The notes beneath the pieces were generated by a model, which saw only the letters and a program-made list of their open reading frames with translations, searched no databases and was not told the origin of the DNA. DNA of 61,616 bases, filler included, from Choristocarpus tenellus KU-1152 (taxonomy: Eukaryota; Protista; Phaeophyceae): the NCBI GenBank assembly GCA_964200185.2. It is 13 parts of 13 records of this genome, joined end to end, with 100 filler letters (N's around TTAATTAATTAA, not from the genome) between each part and the next. Parts side by side here need not be neighbours in the genome. Positions count along the whole stretch, not along the records: positions 1 to 6,569 come from CAXNAD020007853.1; positions 6,670 to 10,160 come from CAXNAD020019667.1; positions 10,261 to 13,766 come from CAXNAD020019568.1; 10 more parts are not named here. The stretch is one strand, 5' to 3'. The first letter of the stretch is position 1. Each line of letters begins with the position of its first letter. The position numbers were made by a program, and so were the translations under genes. Below are positions 1-12,513 of this stretch, piece after piece.

Positions 1-9
1 CGAAAATTT

Positions 10-191
10 ACCCCAAAGAATCTGGGGGAAGGGGGGGGAGTCTACACCAGGGTGTCCATTTGGGCTAAGACCAGGAAAAGTGCACTTTCATTATCCATCC
101 GACGTATGGAACCAAATCACCCAAAAATCGCGACATGAAAATTTTGGCCCCCCAAATGGGCAGCCGCCACCCCCCCCAGATACTTTGAGCC
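10..191 (+). mobile_element. MITE family B copy (~175 bp)
   Basis: Left end CCCCAAAGAATCTGGGGG, right end CCCCAGATACTTTGAGCC; the interior matches the copies at 20732, 27466 and 61392. Confidence 0.85.
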
Positions 192-640
192 TTTCCAAAA
201 ATGTTACCTTAACATCACTATATTCCAATGTCCTGGTCCATCACAAATCTCCCATTCTACACACATTATCTTGCTACGTACACAATTACTATTTCATATG
301 TACAAATAGCAAACAATTAGTGTACATTGTACTTCAAAACATCTCCATATGCGAACATCGAATACTAGAAAAAACACTGAAGCCGTGTCTGCAATACTAC
401 AAAAAAGAAAGTTATAATGCACTTCACAGTAGCAGCACTACATCTAGTAGTACTGTTTTGCAACAACAATCGCTATTTGTAGCGTGAATGACTTGAAGCC
501 ACCATTCATTTCTTGCAATGAAAATACCACATGTTCATACATTTGACCAATTTACTAGAGTTGTTACCATGTTGGTTTTGAGCCTGCCCAAGTTTGAAGA
601 GATTTAGACATGAATCTTGGAGCAGATAGTCACGGACTGA

Positions 641-795
641 AAATAAGAGCTCTCAGGCATCCAAGATAATACTCAGATATAGCCAGAATGTGTTTTTTTC
701 TTTATAGTCACAGAATGTAAATAAGAGATCTCAGGTATCCAAGATAATATTCTGACATCATCATATTGTGTTTTTTTTTCTTTATCGTGTCACAC
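641..795. repeat. Diverged ~78-bp tandem duplication
   Basis: aaataagagctctcaggcatccaagataat... recurs as aaataagagatctcaggtatccaagataat... Confidence 0.85.
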
Positions 796-2189
796 TAGAA
801 GAAGAGGGAGGGAGCTCTCCTTAAGACAGGCGTACTTAGGGCAAAGGGTTCACATCATCATAGGAAGTAAAAGGCTTCCCAAATGCATGAACCCTGACTA
901 TATAAGAGCTACTACTACCACTGCTACGATTAAGTGAAACACAGACTACCTGTAGGGAGATAGAGGCAAATTACCATATACACCGTCATCGGCAGGCAAC
1001 CAAAACAAACTGATTGATCACAACGTTGTCAAACTGTAACACAACACTAGGGATATACACTCACGCACAGAACCATCCCAGCATGGTTCTCATTTTGGCT
1101 GGGCTCTTGCCAGTAACACAACTCCTTTACAGCAAAAAATGCCCATTTTGTTCAACCTCAGAAATAATTATGCTCCTCAAATTTCGATATTTCAGAATCT
1201 CAGTCCAGGATTCAAAAGGTGGACCTCCTTCTCAAAGCTTCCGAACTGAACAAAATCCAATCAGTAGGCTTCTCATGCGACTACTACTGTTCGTTCTCAA
1301 ACTTCACTCTGCACCCTAACCCTTCCACGTTGCTTAAGTTCTTCTCCAATACCGCTATGTCGCTATGCCCTTTCAAGTGAAAAAAACATTGTCCAAACCC
1401 ACACAAAAGTGTGGCAAATAACAATATGTAAACCCCCTGAAGTATTCCGCGTTAGAGATTCTCTTGTCTCTTACTTCAACGTCGTAACTTTGCACTTGAC
1501 TCTAACTTCACACCACTAAAGTTCCTTCTTCAACAAAATGCTTGTCTTTCTGTTCACCAGATTGCCAATTACCACACTTTCACAACAAAAAATACCTCAT
1601 ACACAACTCCCTTCAAGAATAAAGATCCAGGGAAGGTGCTATAACTATTTGAATATCACACACACTGACTACATCCTCCACCCCACAAGTCCACATTATG
1701 ACTCCACAACACTAGGTTCTTACACTACCCTTTCCAACATGGACACAACACAGCACAATTCACAAGCAAATTTCCCACATAATACTCAGTTCCCTTGAGT
1801 GTCAAGTGCTAGGGGCCCAACGATTGTTCTTATTCGAGCATCACACTGCTCCATCTACCCTGATTCAATGTAAACATAAAAAAACAATGACAAGACTGGT
1901 GAATAAATTTTCCAAAAAAGACAAAATCGCAACAAAGTGAAAGGCAGAATTCAACACATTTTTTTTTATCTTGCAGGAATTATTGCGAAAAGAGAGTTTT
2001 GTCCGTCAGTAGAATGTCTGCTTGTTCCCTTTCACCAGGACGCTTTCTTGGTTGAGCACCTTCAATGTATGGAGTGACTGGCCGATTGCTCGACCAAAAC
2101 CCCAACTGTGTGTATGACGATTAGATCTCGACCATGATCATGACCTGGTTGTGGCAATGAGGTAGACAGTACCACTAGAGATTGTGAGA

Positions 2190-2560
2190 GCCTGGTACAT
2201 ATTGACTCAGGGCTTGAGTTTAGGTGTCAGCACATTGAAGGACGCAAGAAGTATATAGTTTTGAGGCCACCGCACTCTGAGGACTTTCCTCAGATTTATT
2301 GAGAGGTACCCATATTAAAGAGAATGTCATATGTCAATGCTGTGTGAGTGGTTGTATAGCTTGATACATTTGATGTGCACCCTACCATTGGTGTGGAGAT
2401 GCTGTGGTTACTTTTCTAGTTACAATTTAGCTCTAAACGCAGTAATCACTTACCTCGGTTATGCCGATCCACTCGCCTTCATCCATACCAATGGGTTGGA
2501 GGGTCAATCTGGAGACATCAGCGGCATTCATGCCGAACCACTATTGGAATCACGTCAAAC
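2190..2560 (+). pseudogene. Degenerate Merlin/IS1595-like (ISXO2) transposase remnant
   Basis: Broken frames give RTLRTFLRFIER and GYADPLAFIHTNGLEG(x)W, resembling the ISXO2 VNH..F.DP.TG.HTN.IEG.W motif; stops and frameshifts present. Confidence 0.5.
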
Positions 2561-2815
2561 AAGGGCCAGTCGTTACGGACACAACAAGTGTGAGAAAAAG
2601 AGTTGGTCAATGCTAAGGAGGCTGATGAGATGTGCCACTGTGTACATCATTCGGACAAAGCACTCTTTCAAAGATCCTAGAAGTTTGAAATACTACTAAT
2701 AGAAGCAGTTCATTGCGTTTTAACTGTGAACATACTTTCCAAGATAGTCAGGAGTAGGAAGGGGTTCCTTCCTGAACACAGGCAACACAATACAAAAATG
2801 CCCCCTAGTTCCTAC

Positions 2816-3596
2816 CTCCAGGTCAGTGGTGCTCCCGCTGGATGTGATACGATCGAGCAGCTTGTTGCCATTCAATGAAACCTCGAGTGTCCGCACTATC
2901 TGGTTACCCTCATGGAAGGCTGATGGAAGGCGAGGTAGTATAAAACAGTGAATGAATATATATTTATCAAAGGAACGCTGACGGATTGAGGTGAGGACAT
3001 TGTGAGGTGCTCTGGTCATCGACGTTCATCTGTATATATAACTACAGTTTTTTTCGCTGTGACTGACGATGAAGAGTCAAAAGGCAAGATCCGACCAACA
3101 TACATACAGAAATACTTCGTTCTTATGGCCTTAGGGTGTACAACATTCGTTTTGTGGGCGATTCAAGAACCCAGTGGAGAAACGCACCTATTCCAATGCG
3201 AGTGATGTCCTGGGGCTCATCTAAGATGAAAGTTAGTGTACAATGTTGTTCTGGGTGGCTTAGGAGGCTCTTCTTGCACGACCAGCGAGACTCTGCCGTG
3301 ATCTTTTCGTCCTATATTTGTTGAGATAGAAAGGGGCGCATAGGTGAGACATAGGATTCAGCAGAGGATTGATGATTGGCTACCTACCTCGCTCGTTTGG
3401 CCCTGCACAGCGGATATATTTATTTTGAAATCAAGCCTAGAGTCCAAGTCCACCAGTTTCGAGTTAGTGAGTGGATATATACTGACCAGGACTCTCCTGG
3501 GCCTGCAGCCGCTCTTTTTGCAGCCTCCTTCTTTGCTGCTGCGCCTGTCGAACCACGAGGCCTTGACCTTTAATCCAGTTATATCACCTGCAACGA
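2816..3596 (-). CDS. Three internal exons (3596 or 3587-3487, 3311-3188, 2919-2816) of a protein with a brown-algal F5/8-like beta-sandwich repeat
   Basis: Phase-compatible GT-AG splicing gives VKASWFDRRSSKEGGCKKSGCRPRRVL|DEKITAESRWSCKKSLLSHPEQHCTLTFILDEPQDITRIGI|AFHEGNQIVRTLEVSLNGNKLLDRITSSGSTTDLE. The domain identity is from recalled similarity. Confidence 0.7.
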
Positions 3597-5280
3597 CTGA
3601 GCAACGGTATGATAACATAGGTAGGGGTGACTTAGCTGGGAGCGACGACGAAAGGAAGACAAAGATAAGATGATGCCATGGGGGAATACAATGATCGACG
3701 TTGGCGCTTCTCTTTCTTAGCTTTCTACAATAACATCGAACATTTCTAACCTTCTGATACGCTGGTGATGGGGGAGAAGGTGGGCGAGAAGGTGGGCGAG
3801 AAGGTGGCGAAAGGGGAGGGCGTTGGCGAATCGGTTGTTGGGATCGTAGCAGCTGCCGGTGAGCCGATCCCGAGGGTGGTAAAGAGAAGGGCAACAGCTG
3901 GTAGGAAATTCATGCTGTATCGCAACTCTAGAGAAAGGGAATAGGCACGTGATCTTGTAAAAACGGAGTATGCTCAGCACTACTATGTGTAGAGTGGAGT
4001 GTGATTTTGAGGGGTAGGTTATCTCTGTCCAAAAGAGGTTACTGTTAAGCGTTACGGTTGACTACTAGAGTCGTTGAAAAATATATCCTGATTTGAGATA
4101 ATAACGAGTGGTCTACTGACGTTTACAAGATACATAACGAGTATATACTACCTTTGATACTAATAGTGAAGAGTTGTGTAGATATTACAGTTGCCTCATC
4201 GCACCGTAAAATTGTCCGAATAAAGCCCTTATTTGGGAATGTAGGGATTAAGAGATCCGTAATATATAACCCGACGACTCTATTGGTATACCTCTGAAGA
4301 ATTTCCTTTTTAGTTCGGTATAATTAATATAAAATTATCTTCTTTAAATGCAAGTGTACTTAATTTCAGATTTGGTAATTTTGGGGGGTAAATGATGTAC
4401 GAATAAATGTCAGTTGTATAGTTCCTACCTTTCTTGTAGTACGTACATAAATTACTCATGATTGGAGGTCATTGTTTATATAGATGTTTATATAGAGGTT
4501 TACTAAAAAGGAGTGGTATGAGTGTGTAGGTCACGGCACAATGACGCTTATGGTCAAGGAGGTGTGATCACTAATGTACGTCACACCAAAGCAACAACTA
4601 CGCGGCCCAACCCACTAATACCACCATATCTTCACTGTGTGCCAAAGTTTCTTTGTGGGGATATATTCTGTATTTTTTGTTCATTCTCTTTCTTCCCCTT
4701 AAGGTATCTAACGATGGTGTTTGGTGATGGTGTTTTTCCCCTCCTTGTCCTATTCTTTGTTTCTTTTGTTTTCGTTTCTTTTAAATTTTCTCCTTTTTTA
4801 CAGTCCTCGTTGCCTGTTGTGAACCAGTACATATTGATTTTTTTGGACTGCTTTACAACCACAGGTCTGGGATCTGTCAGCCTAATGGGATGATAATAAA
4901 TTAATATATATAGTAAGTAGTTTACCATCACTTTGCAGATGTTCTTCCACGGTAACAACTAGACCTCTGGAACCTTAATTCGGAATTTCCCGTTACGTAA
5001 CGACTAACAAATTGACGCTACTATGTACGAAAGCTACTTTTTAAAATGACACGAAGAATTTACCACCATAAATGATGTTAGAACTTTTTTTATGTATTAT
5101 TATGCCCTCTAATATTTTGCATATGTCTCAGGGAAAAAGCCAACCCAATATTACAAAGGACCCTCGAAAAAGCAACAACCGTCACAAACGTGAAATATAT
5201 CATATCTCCAAAATCTATTTTCTTTTTGACTAACAGCTAATATACTACACTACTCCCATAAAAGCTCGGCATTACATGTT

Positions 5281-5757
5281 GGAACTTTTCGTAAACCTCT
5301 AAGTTACTGAGAAAGTACTAGGGTGATTATCTCCTTCGTAGGTCAGGGGTTTATTAGAGGTCTAACAATACCTAATCCCAGGGATCGCGAGATGTTAGAC
5401 TTGGTGAGCTTTTGGACGAAGGTTTCTATCCCTCTTACTAGCGTCTAACACCCCTGTAACTCAGAGGTTTACCTAAGCAAACTCTAACTATAATGTGATC
5501 GAATCCTGGTACGGTTACACGGTTACACATCCGTCTAAGGGCAGCACACGCTACCAGGATAACACGACCATAAATTAGTAACCGCCCGCCGAAGTCAGTC
5601 ACTGATCAGAGGGATAGCAGCCCTCAGGCAAAACCTCACCAACTTAGTGGGTTACGATCCCTGGGATTAGTTTATTTAGTGGAACTTGTAGTAAACCCCT
5701 GAGCTACCGAGAAAGTAGTCAGCAGGCTATCTCTTCGGTAGGTCAGGGGTTTACTAT
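5281..5757. repeat. Nested hairpin/inverted-repeat structure
   Basis: Hairpin-forming direct repeats at 5281-5357 and 5681-5757 flank inverted blocks: ctaatcccagggatcg/cgatccctgggattag, ttggtgag/ctcaccaa and ctatccctct/agagggatag. Confidence 0.8.
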
Positions 5758-6097
5758 AGACCTTCGTAGTGGAAGGTTTTGGGCGCCTTGGTAAGCAAGC
5801 GGAACGTTTTCTGTATGAGCTAGCTACGCACGCGATAGGGGGGAGAGGGACAAAAGGCTAGATCAGGAAAGGGACTGTCAAATCACGTCTACGCCAGATA
5901 GTCTTAGTCACAACGCAAGTAGCCCTATTTCAACGTGTCACGCGTTTTAAGCTGAAGACACCAGGGATATGGACAAGGAGGGGCTCGTTAAATTCTTGGG
6001 ATGCTTCCCTAGCTCCTCTCCCTGGGGTGTAGGACTAAGCTAGGTTGGAGGCACAGAAAAGCAGTGGTGCAGCAAAGCTGGTAGTAAAATAGTAAAG

Positions 6098-6227
6098 AGG
6101 ATGTTTGCGCAAAATGTAATTCACTATCGAAAAAGTCTTACATATTAACATGGTAGTTCTAGTGCTATATGATGGGGTGATACGTAAGACTTTTTCGATG
6201 GTGAATTACATTTTGCGCCAACATCCT
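6098..6227. mobile_element. 130-bp foldback/mini-MITE with 44-bp inverted repeats
   Basis: aggatgtttgcgcaaaatgtaattcactatcgaaaaagtcttac (6098-6141) is inverted at 6184-6227 with 2 mismatches. Confidence 0.7.
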
Positions 6228-6569
6228 AAAATATATGTGAACGTCTTTCACATTTACGAAAATTGTTACTTTTTTAGGGATTTTTCAGACATGTTAATAG
6301 TTTTCATTGGTTTCCCCCCTGACACATCTGCAAAATGTCAGAGGGCATAATAAATATATGTATGTAATCTAATTGCGTGTTGGGTACACTTAAAGAGCTG
6401 GGTGAACTATAAGTCAAAGTGGGGGCGATATCTAGCAAGAAAACTACACGAATAGACACCAGTGTTAATTCTTCTGAGGAAAAAAAAGAATATTAATCCA
6501 ATTCTGAGTCAGGGCCAAAGTATCTGAGGGGGGGGGGGGGTGCATATTCGGGGCCCATATTAACATGAC

Positions 6570-6669
6570 NNNNNNNNNNNNNNNNNNNNNNNNNNNNNNN
6601 NNNNNNNNNNNNNTTAATTAATTAANNNNNNNNNNNNNNNNNNNNNNNNNNNNNNNNNNNNNNNNNNNN
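6570..6669. other. Artificial contig-joining linker (N44-TTAATTAATTAA-N44), first of 12
   Basis: The same 100-nt spacer with all-frame stops recurs at 10161, 13767, 17677, 21799, 27366, 38095, 40964, 43843, 49350, 52731 and 55633. Confidence 0.98.
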
Positions 6670-7368
6670 GGGAGGGGACAGGGGGGGACGGGGGAGGACG
6701 GGGGAGCTCCGCAGGTCTCCTTCCTAAGAACGAACTCTGACTTGGCTCTTGCACAAAGCCAAAACACTAAAAGAGCAGTAAAAACGCCTCCGCATTCTAT
6801 ACCCTAACCCCGCCATTGCTTTTCAATATCCGGATCGTTCTAAGATTCCTTCTAGAGCTGCATTTTTGTACCCAGGAATTAAAAAAAAAAACACCCGATC
6901 ATTACCATTTTGCATTACATCGAACAAATCAGGAAAAAGCATGAGGACTCCCGTCCTGCAAAGTCCGTTGCACACACCCAATAGAATCGCCCAATCAGAC
7001 ACACGCATACTGTGACACGGTCCAGATACACATATATGCAAACATGCAGAACTATCGACATCAACTGCTTCCTTTTGAGCTCGCGTTTTGTGGTCACTTC
7101 TGCCCCAAAAGCTAACATCATGAACAAACCTCACACTTTCAAATTCCAAGATGCAATAAACCAACGGATCACGAAACACTTGCCACAATGCATTGATTCC
7201 CACCCCCCATGCCAGGCCTTACCAAAGTCACAAGCAAAACACTTTCCACAAACCGAAGCCCACCGTCCATGTCCAACTCCATCAATGCCCGTCCTCCCAA
7301 CACACTTCCAGATTAATTCACCTTTTCCCTGAAGTACCTTGCCACCCCCTTTGCATAGATACTCTCAC

Positions 7369-8824
7369 CACCCTTCTGCAGCTGTGTGTACGGATTCACT
7401 GCAATGAGAACTGGGCCAATGCTCGTATACATGTCCCCTTGAACATACCGATTGTGGAGGGTCTGACAGAGGAGTGCAGGGCATGAAGATAAATAATATC
7501 AACCCATCGCAGTGAGGAGGAAAAGGGAAAGCAGATGCGACAACAGGGGAAAAGATTGGAGGGGTGTGAGGTTTGGAAACCAAGCCTGAAGTGGGGAGAG
7601 GGATGCGAGTGACACAAAGAGTTGTTCCTAGGTATTGTACCTCTGGAACACATGATATGTAAAGGAAACTAGCATATGGAAGACCTCCATAACTTGATAG
7701 GTTTTGATCGGTACTCTACAGTGACTCTAGCATCATTAGAGGACTAAAGTTCAAGTTCGAGGAGGGATTAGGTTGTTGCCAACTTCTTCCAACTTGTGTG
7801 AGTCTGCAAGGTGTACATAAGAGACCTCAGGTTACGCTAAAGTAGAGGACAGTCAGTGATTTGAACTTGCAAAAGACGTCACAATATCACTATATATATA
7901 TATATATTAATTTGATCAAAGAAACTTTACTGAATGTACATCTGCTTAAACAACAAAATGTACTGGTGTGGAAGACTGTAGTGGTATCGATCCCACCAAG
8001 TTCTGCACGCAAGAGATCTGCCAGGATGTATAAGTGTACCCTTTGTTCACTATGATTTGTGTTCATGGGAAGTGTCATTGCTCGAGCGAGGTGAGTGACT
8101 CCTGTCAAGGCCAAGGTAATGCGAAACAAGTAAAAGCAGCAAATTGTAGTGTGGGGATACTCGAAAGCAAACCAGGAAAGAAATGGGTGCAGTCACAACT
8201 TGAGCCGACCAGGACAATCGAGGAATAGGAATCGCTATCATAATAGCAATTAAGTCCAATTGCCATTGGCAGAGCAAGTTGTTTTCGGTGTATGTACTAA
8301 CTTTAAACACATTGTCATGCGAATTTAGCACTATCTGTCTCGGTATAACAGAAATCCCTTCGGGCCGTTGAAGACCTCTCTTCAAAACGTGAGCATTGGT
8401 TAATATCATCAGGAAAAATGGGTTTCGCAGTCTAATTAATTGGAGGACTTGACACCTTAAACTTTTCGCGATAGGCATATCACACTCGCTTGCTACCCTG
8501 TAACACAGTTGTCAATATGGAACGTTGAAGGTCTCTTCACTTCCTTCTCTTCTACGCACCCACCTCGGCAATAGTCTCGTTGCTTACTTCTTCCAGGAGC
8601 ACTAAATCATCGCAGCGACCTCTTGCATTGATCTTATCATAAATACGACCATAATCCATCCTTTCTTTCCCTGCACCGGTTCGCTGTTGAGGGCTTCGTC
8701 TTCCAGACCGTGTGTTGGCAACACAATTGCCAGCGTGGGAGGCCGATTTGTTCCTAAAATCATTAGAACGGCTTACTGGAGCAGGTAAACCTCCACTTCT
8801 CCCGTTCGTGGGTGCCTGCATCAT
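7369..8824 (-). CDS. Myosin heavy chain, first two coding exons (8824-8564, 7462-7369); 3' partial
   Basis: The spliced product ...GRCDDLVLLEEVSNETIAE|TLHNRYVQGDMYTSIGPVLIAVNPYTQLQKG matches the start of the myosin motor domain (DDL.L...L..RY....YT.IG.VLIAVNPY); GT-AG sites are in phase. Confidence 0.88.
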
Positions 8825-10260
8825 CCAAGCAATCGGTCAAAAGGTTTACACTCCTTTCCAATAGATGCCCTGCCTTTTGTGACACGCAGTCCTCCTTTCA
8901 CACCCCACACAGACTGTTAGGATTGGTCGTCCCTCCCCAACTTACCCTTGACAAATCTCTGCCCACCCCCTCTCCTTTCAAAAGCTCCGACAAGGGCAGG
9001 GGCAGAGAAAGGTTTCGTTCGGGTGACAGTGGTTGGAGAAAAGGAACGCCACAACAGTGGAGAAGGACCGTTTGCTACTTATATTACAATATTGAATGTT
9101 TGTTCTACAATATGAACCGTCTGTTTAGGGGATTTTTAGGGGGTTTGGATGCGAACGATATAGTTTGTGAAGTCGTTAGGTCATCATTTCCTATTTGAAT
9201 TATTGTTGTCCAATGACTCTTAAATCTACATGGTATCCATGGAAAACACAAACATATACCTTCATATAGAGTAGAACTAGTGATCAGTCTGAGGGGTTCA
9301 AACAGGTAGTTGATCAAAAAGATAGATAAAGAGTAGTATGAGAAACATCAATACTTTTTCAAGAATAGTTTCTTGCAGGGTACTAAAAAGTAAAGTGCAG
9401 AAAAGAACTCTATGTTTTTCATGTATTGTGATACAGTTTTAGTAGTCGATTTATTCGGAGTGTCCAAGATGGTCAACAAAATGATCCATTATCGTGTTTT
9501 TATTTAGTACTATAGATAAGAATCATGCATTCAAGATTTAATTCTCCGCTATGTAATATTGACTATGAAATATCACAGAATTTCAGTCAGGACAAGAAGA
9601 GTTTGCCATTTGTCGCAAAAGCTATGATGATCCTTCACGGTTAACAAACAATTATTTCTTATATCAATCATGTATATGACTATGTCCTCTTCACATTTTG
9701 AAGAAGTGTCAGGGGAAGAACCAATGAAGAACCAATTCAATACCATAAGAACCCCTGTAAAAGTAATAGTTCTCGTGGGTATTTTTCTATGTCAATCATT
9801 GTGATATACCTTTGATTTCTCTTTCACTCATCTACAAAATGTCGAAGGTTGATATACTAAACAATAGAATGGGACATCAAAAACAACAACGAAAGATATC
9901 GTTAAGAATAATTTTCCAACCTTCTATAATCAATTAAAGAACGTACCCCTTACTTCACTTGTTCTGGATCGGAGAGAAACTTTCCAAATTACGGTCAAAC
10001 TATTTTTAGATGAAGTGAAGAGTAATTTTTCGTCTATGTTTTTTTTTCTTATCACCATAACTTTATCAATAATATGTAATAGTCCCCCCCCAGAGGCACA
10101 GGAATAGGTAGATGGGAAGATAAGGACGACAGTAGTACAATATTTGATAGTGCTGAAGTANNNNNNNNNNNNNNNNNNNNNNNNNNNNNNNNNNNNNNNN
10201 NNNNTTAATTAATTAANNNNNNNNNNNNNNNNNNNNNNNNNNNNNNNNNNNNNNNNNNNN

Positions 10261-10602
10261 GGGGTGCTCTGCCTCGTTATCTATTACACACGTCAGCAGA
10301 CACATCAGAACGTATCCGTGTCAGTCGCACTACGTCACTGGTTCTGCGTCGCTGGTACTATGTCAGACATAGCTACGTGAGTTGTCCTGCGCAAGCTACT
10401 TACTTACATTAAGCAGCAATAGGAAATCAACCTATCGAAATTCGAACCTATTACTCTAACCATACGGAAACAAGTGATTGATAATTAGTCCACTCAGTCT
10501 ACATTTCTGTTACATACTACTGGTTACCAAACACATAAGAACCTATAGACTACCAGCCTATATTGTACGCTCCACCATGAGCGCGCAGTAAGATTGCTGA
10601 CA
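10261..10602 (-). mobile_element. Copia 3' LTR (cut by contig end)
   Basis: Starts TGTCAG just after a purine-rich tract (GGGGGTGAG) and the RNase H stop; homologous in reverse complement to 12514-12770. Confidence 0.8.
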
Positions 10603-10607
10603 AAAGC

Positions 10608-12160
10608 TCACCCCCGACGCGAAAGCACGGAATGTACAAAATTAAAAGTAAGGCCCTTGCGCAAAGACTTGGTCAAAATGTCAGCCAGTTGTCTTGATGT
10701 TGGAACGTATTCTACGTGAAATAGACCCTGGTTCACGTATTCTCTGGTACACTTCAGCTTTATGTCCACATGCTTTGTTCTCCCATTGAAACCTGTAATG
10801 CTACCCACCTAGATAGAACCACGGTTGTCACAGAACCAGGGAGTCTGGTTTTGTAGTACGCCGATCTCACCCAGAATGCGTCGGAGGAAAATTTTGTGGC
10901 GCATGCCGTATGCCATTGCCATCCACTCTGCCTCCGAGCTGGAGAGGGTGACGGCTTGAAGCTTGGAGCGCCAGGTGATCGGCGATCTGTTGAACAATAG
11001 TAGGTAACCTGTGACGCTCCTGCGTGTTTGGGAGTCGGTGCCCCAGTCGGAATTCCCATACCAAGAGCTCTCCGTCCACTTCGTTCATATCTTTACTTCC
11101 CCAACCATACTGAATGCAGACATCCAGTGTCCCTGCTACATAGCGCAGAACGAGTTGCAGTCCACGCCAGTGCCGCATGCATGAAGACGCCGCCCTGCGC
11201 CCCAGTTCACGAACGCTGTTGGCCAGGTCCGGGCGAGTCATGCCTGCTAGAAACATGAGTTGGCCGAGGATGCTGGCATAGGGGTAGGTGGGATTCAGTT
11301 CCTCCTCGTTGTCGTGCGTGGCAGAGAGATCATGCCGGGGTCCAGTGGTGTGGATGTGTCCTGCACTTCCGTGCAGCCCATCCCGGCCATGACGATGCTT
11401 TCCGCGTATAGCTGTTGGTTCAGGACGATGCCGTCTGCACCCAAAATGATGCCCACCCCAGTAAGCTTGTCCAGAGTGCCAAGGTCCCGTCCCTCCTACT
11501 TCTCCAGCAGCGATGCCCTCATCCTCTGGTTCCGTGAAGTCCCCAGTGGTGGCAGTGTCGTCCACGTAGGTGGTGAGGATGGCGATACGTCCGTCTTCAC
11601 TCTTCCTGAAGTAGAACCATTGGTCATATTGGCTGCTGGTTCACCCTTCTGCTAGAATGGTGCCGCATAGCTCGTGATACCATTCCATGGCTGACTGTTT
11701 CAGCCCATAGATTGCCTTCTCTGCCTTAACGGTGCAGTCGTCCAGACGTCCTCCAGCAGCTCTGCGTCGAGGTAGGCCTGGGTAAAGTCCTGGGGGTCGA
11801 TGCTCCAACCTCTGTACGCTGCGACGGACATGACGCCCCGTAGTGTGTAGTATGCCATACCCCAACACCGGGCTGAAGGTTTTGAATAAGTCCACACCTG
11901 CGTTTTGTGTGAAGCCGCGAGCCACGAGTCGCGCTTGATTTTGAAAAACAATCGTGTGTTGATCACCTTGCTCCCTTGAGGCAGGGCCTTGTCACCAAAC
12001 GTCTCCTTCTGCCATAGCCCCATCATTTCCTTCTCCATGGCCGCCTACCAATGCTCTGCATCCGACCCCCTCAAGGCCTTTGTTGTAGACGACTCGTCTG
12101 CAACTATTGCCACCTCCCCCATGAGACCCATAAGGCAGTACACGTCGTTGTTGTTCTGCT
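10608..12160 (-). pseudogene. Ty1/Copia RT-RNase H, frameshifted
   Basis: Motifs KAIYGLKQS, TYVDD (~11557-11571), YASILGQLMFLAGMTRPDLA, LSSSEAEW, CDN, TKHVDIK and QLADILTK. Confidence 0.93.
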
Positions 12161-12513
12161 ATATGAGGGTTTACACAAGGTGGTTCATGTCCGTTTCCAC
12201 ACCACCTTCCAGGTCCTACAGCTAGGATGTGTAGTCCACCCACTGGCCCTGCCCCAGCCGTGAAGATGCCCGCTTTCCAGAGTGTGGGACCAGGCGCTTC
12301 ACCGCTATCTGCATTGCCCTATCCATGCACTGGCGTTCTCCCATCCTGGGAGAGATCTCCTGACTTTGATGGAATGCTGAGCGCTTTGCATCTTGAGCCC
12401 CACGCCCAATGTTTCTGCCCGCATTCCTAGTCCTTTATGCCTCGCTCCCTGTTGTGGAAGCCTCCTCCTCGCCTTCACCATCTACGTTCATGTCGTCGTC
12501 GTGGTCCGGACTT

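Noticed and set aside
3775-3812. Pro-rich protein ORF 3358-3894 with PPSR repeats
   Set aside because: It arises from a 12-bp minisatellite and reads through introns; only 3596-3487 looks like a real exon.
5860-5910. Group I intron (gactgtcaaat, agatagtc) or hammerhead ribozyme near the hairpin block
   Set aside because: I could not find the full P/Q/R/S core or a correctly stemmed CUGANGA/GAAA core.
6570-6669. TTAATTAATTAA as a biological repeat or piggyBac site
   Set aside because: It is always centred in identical N padding, so it is an assembly linker.
11290-11640. Foreign insertion within the Copia RT
   Set aside because: Other frames show continuous RT sequence (TYVDD, LNQQLYA, STPLDPG); it is only frameshifted.
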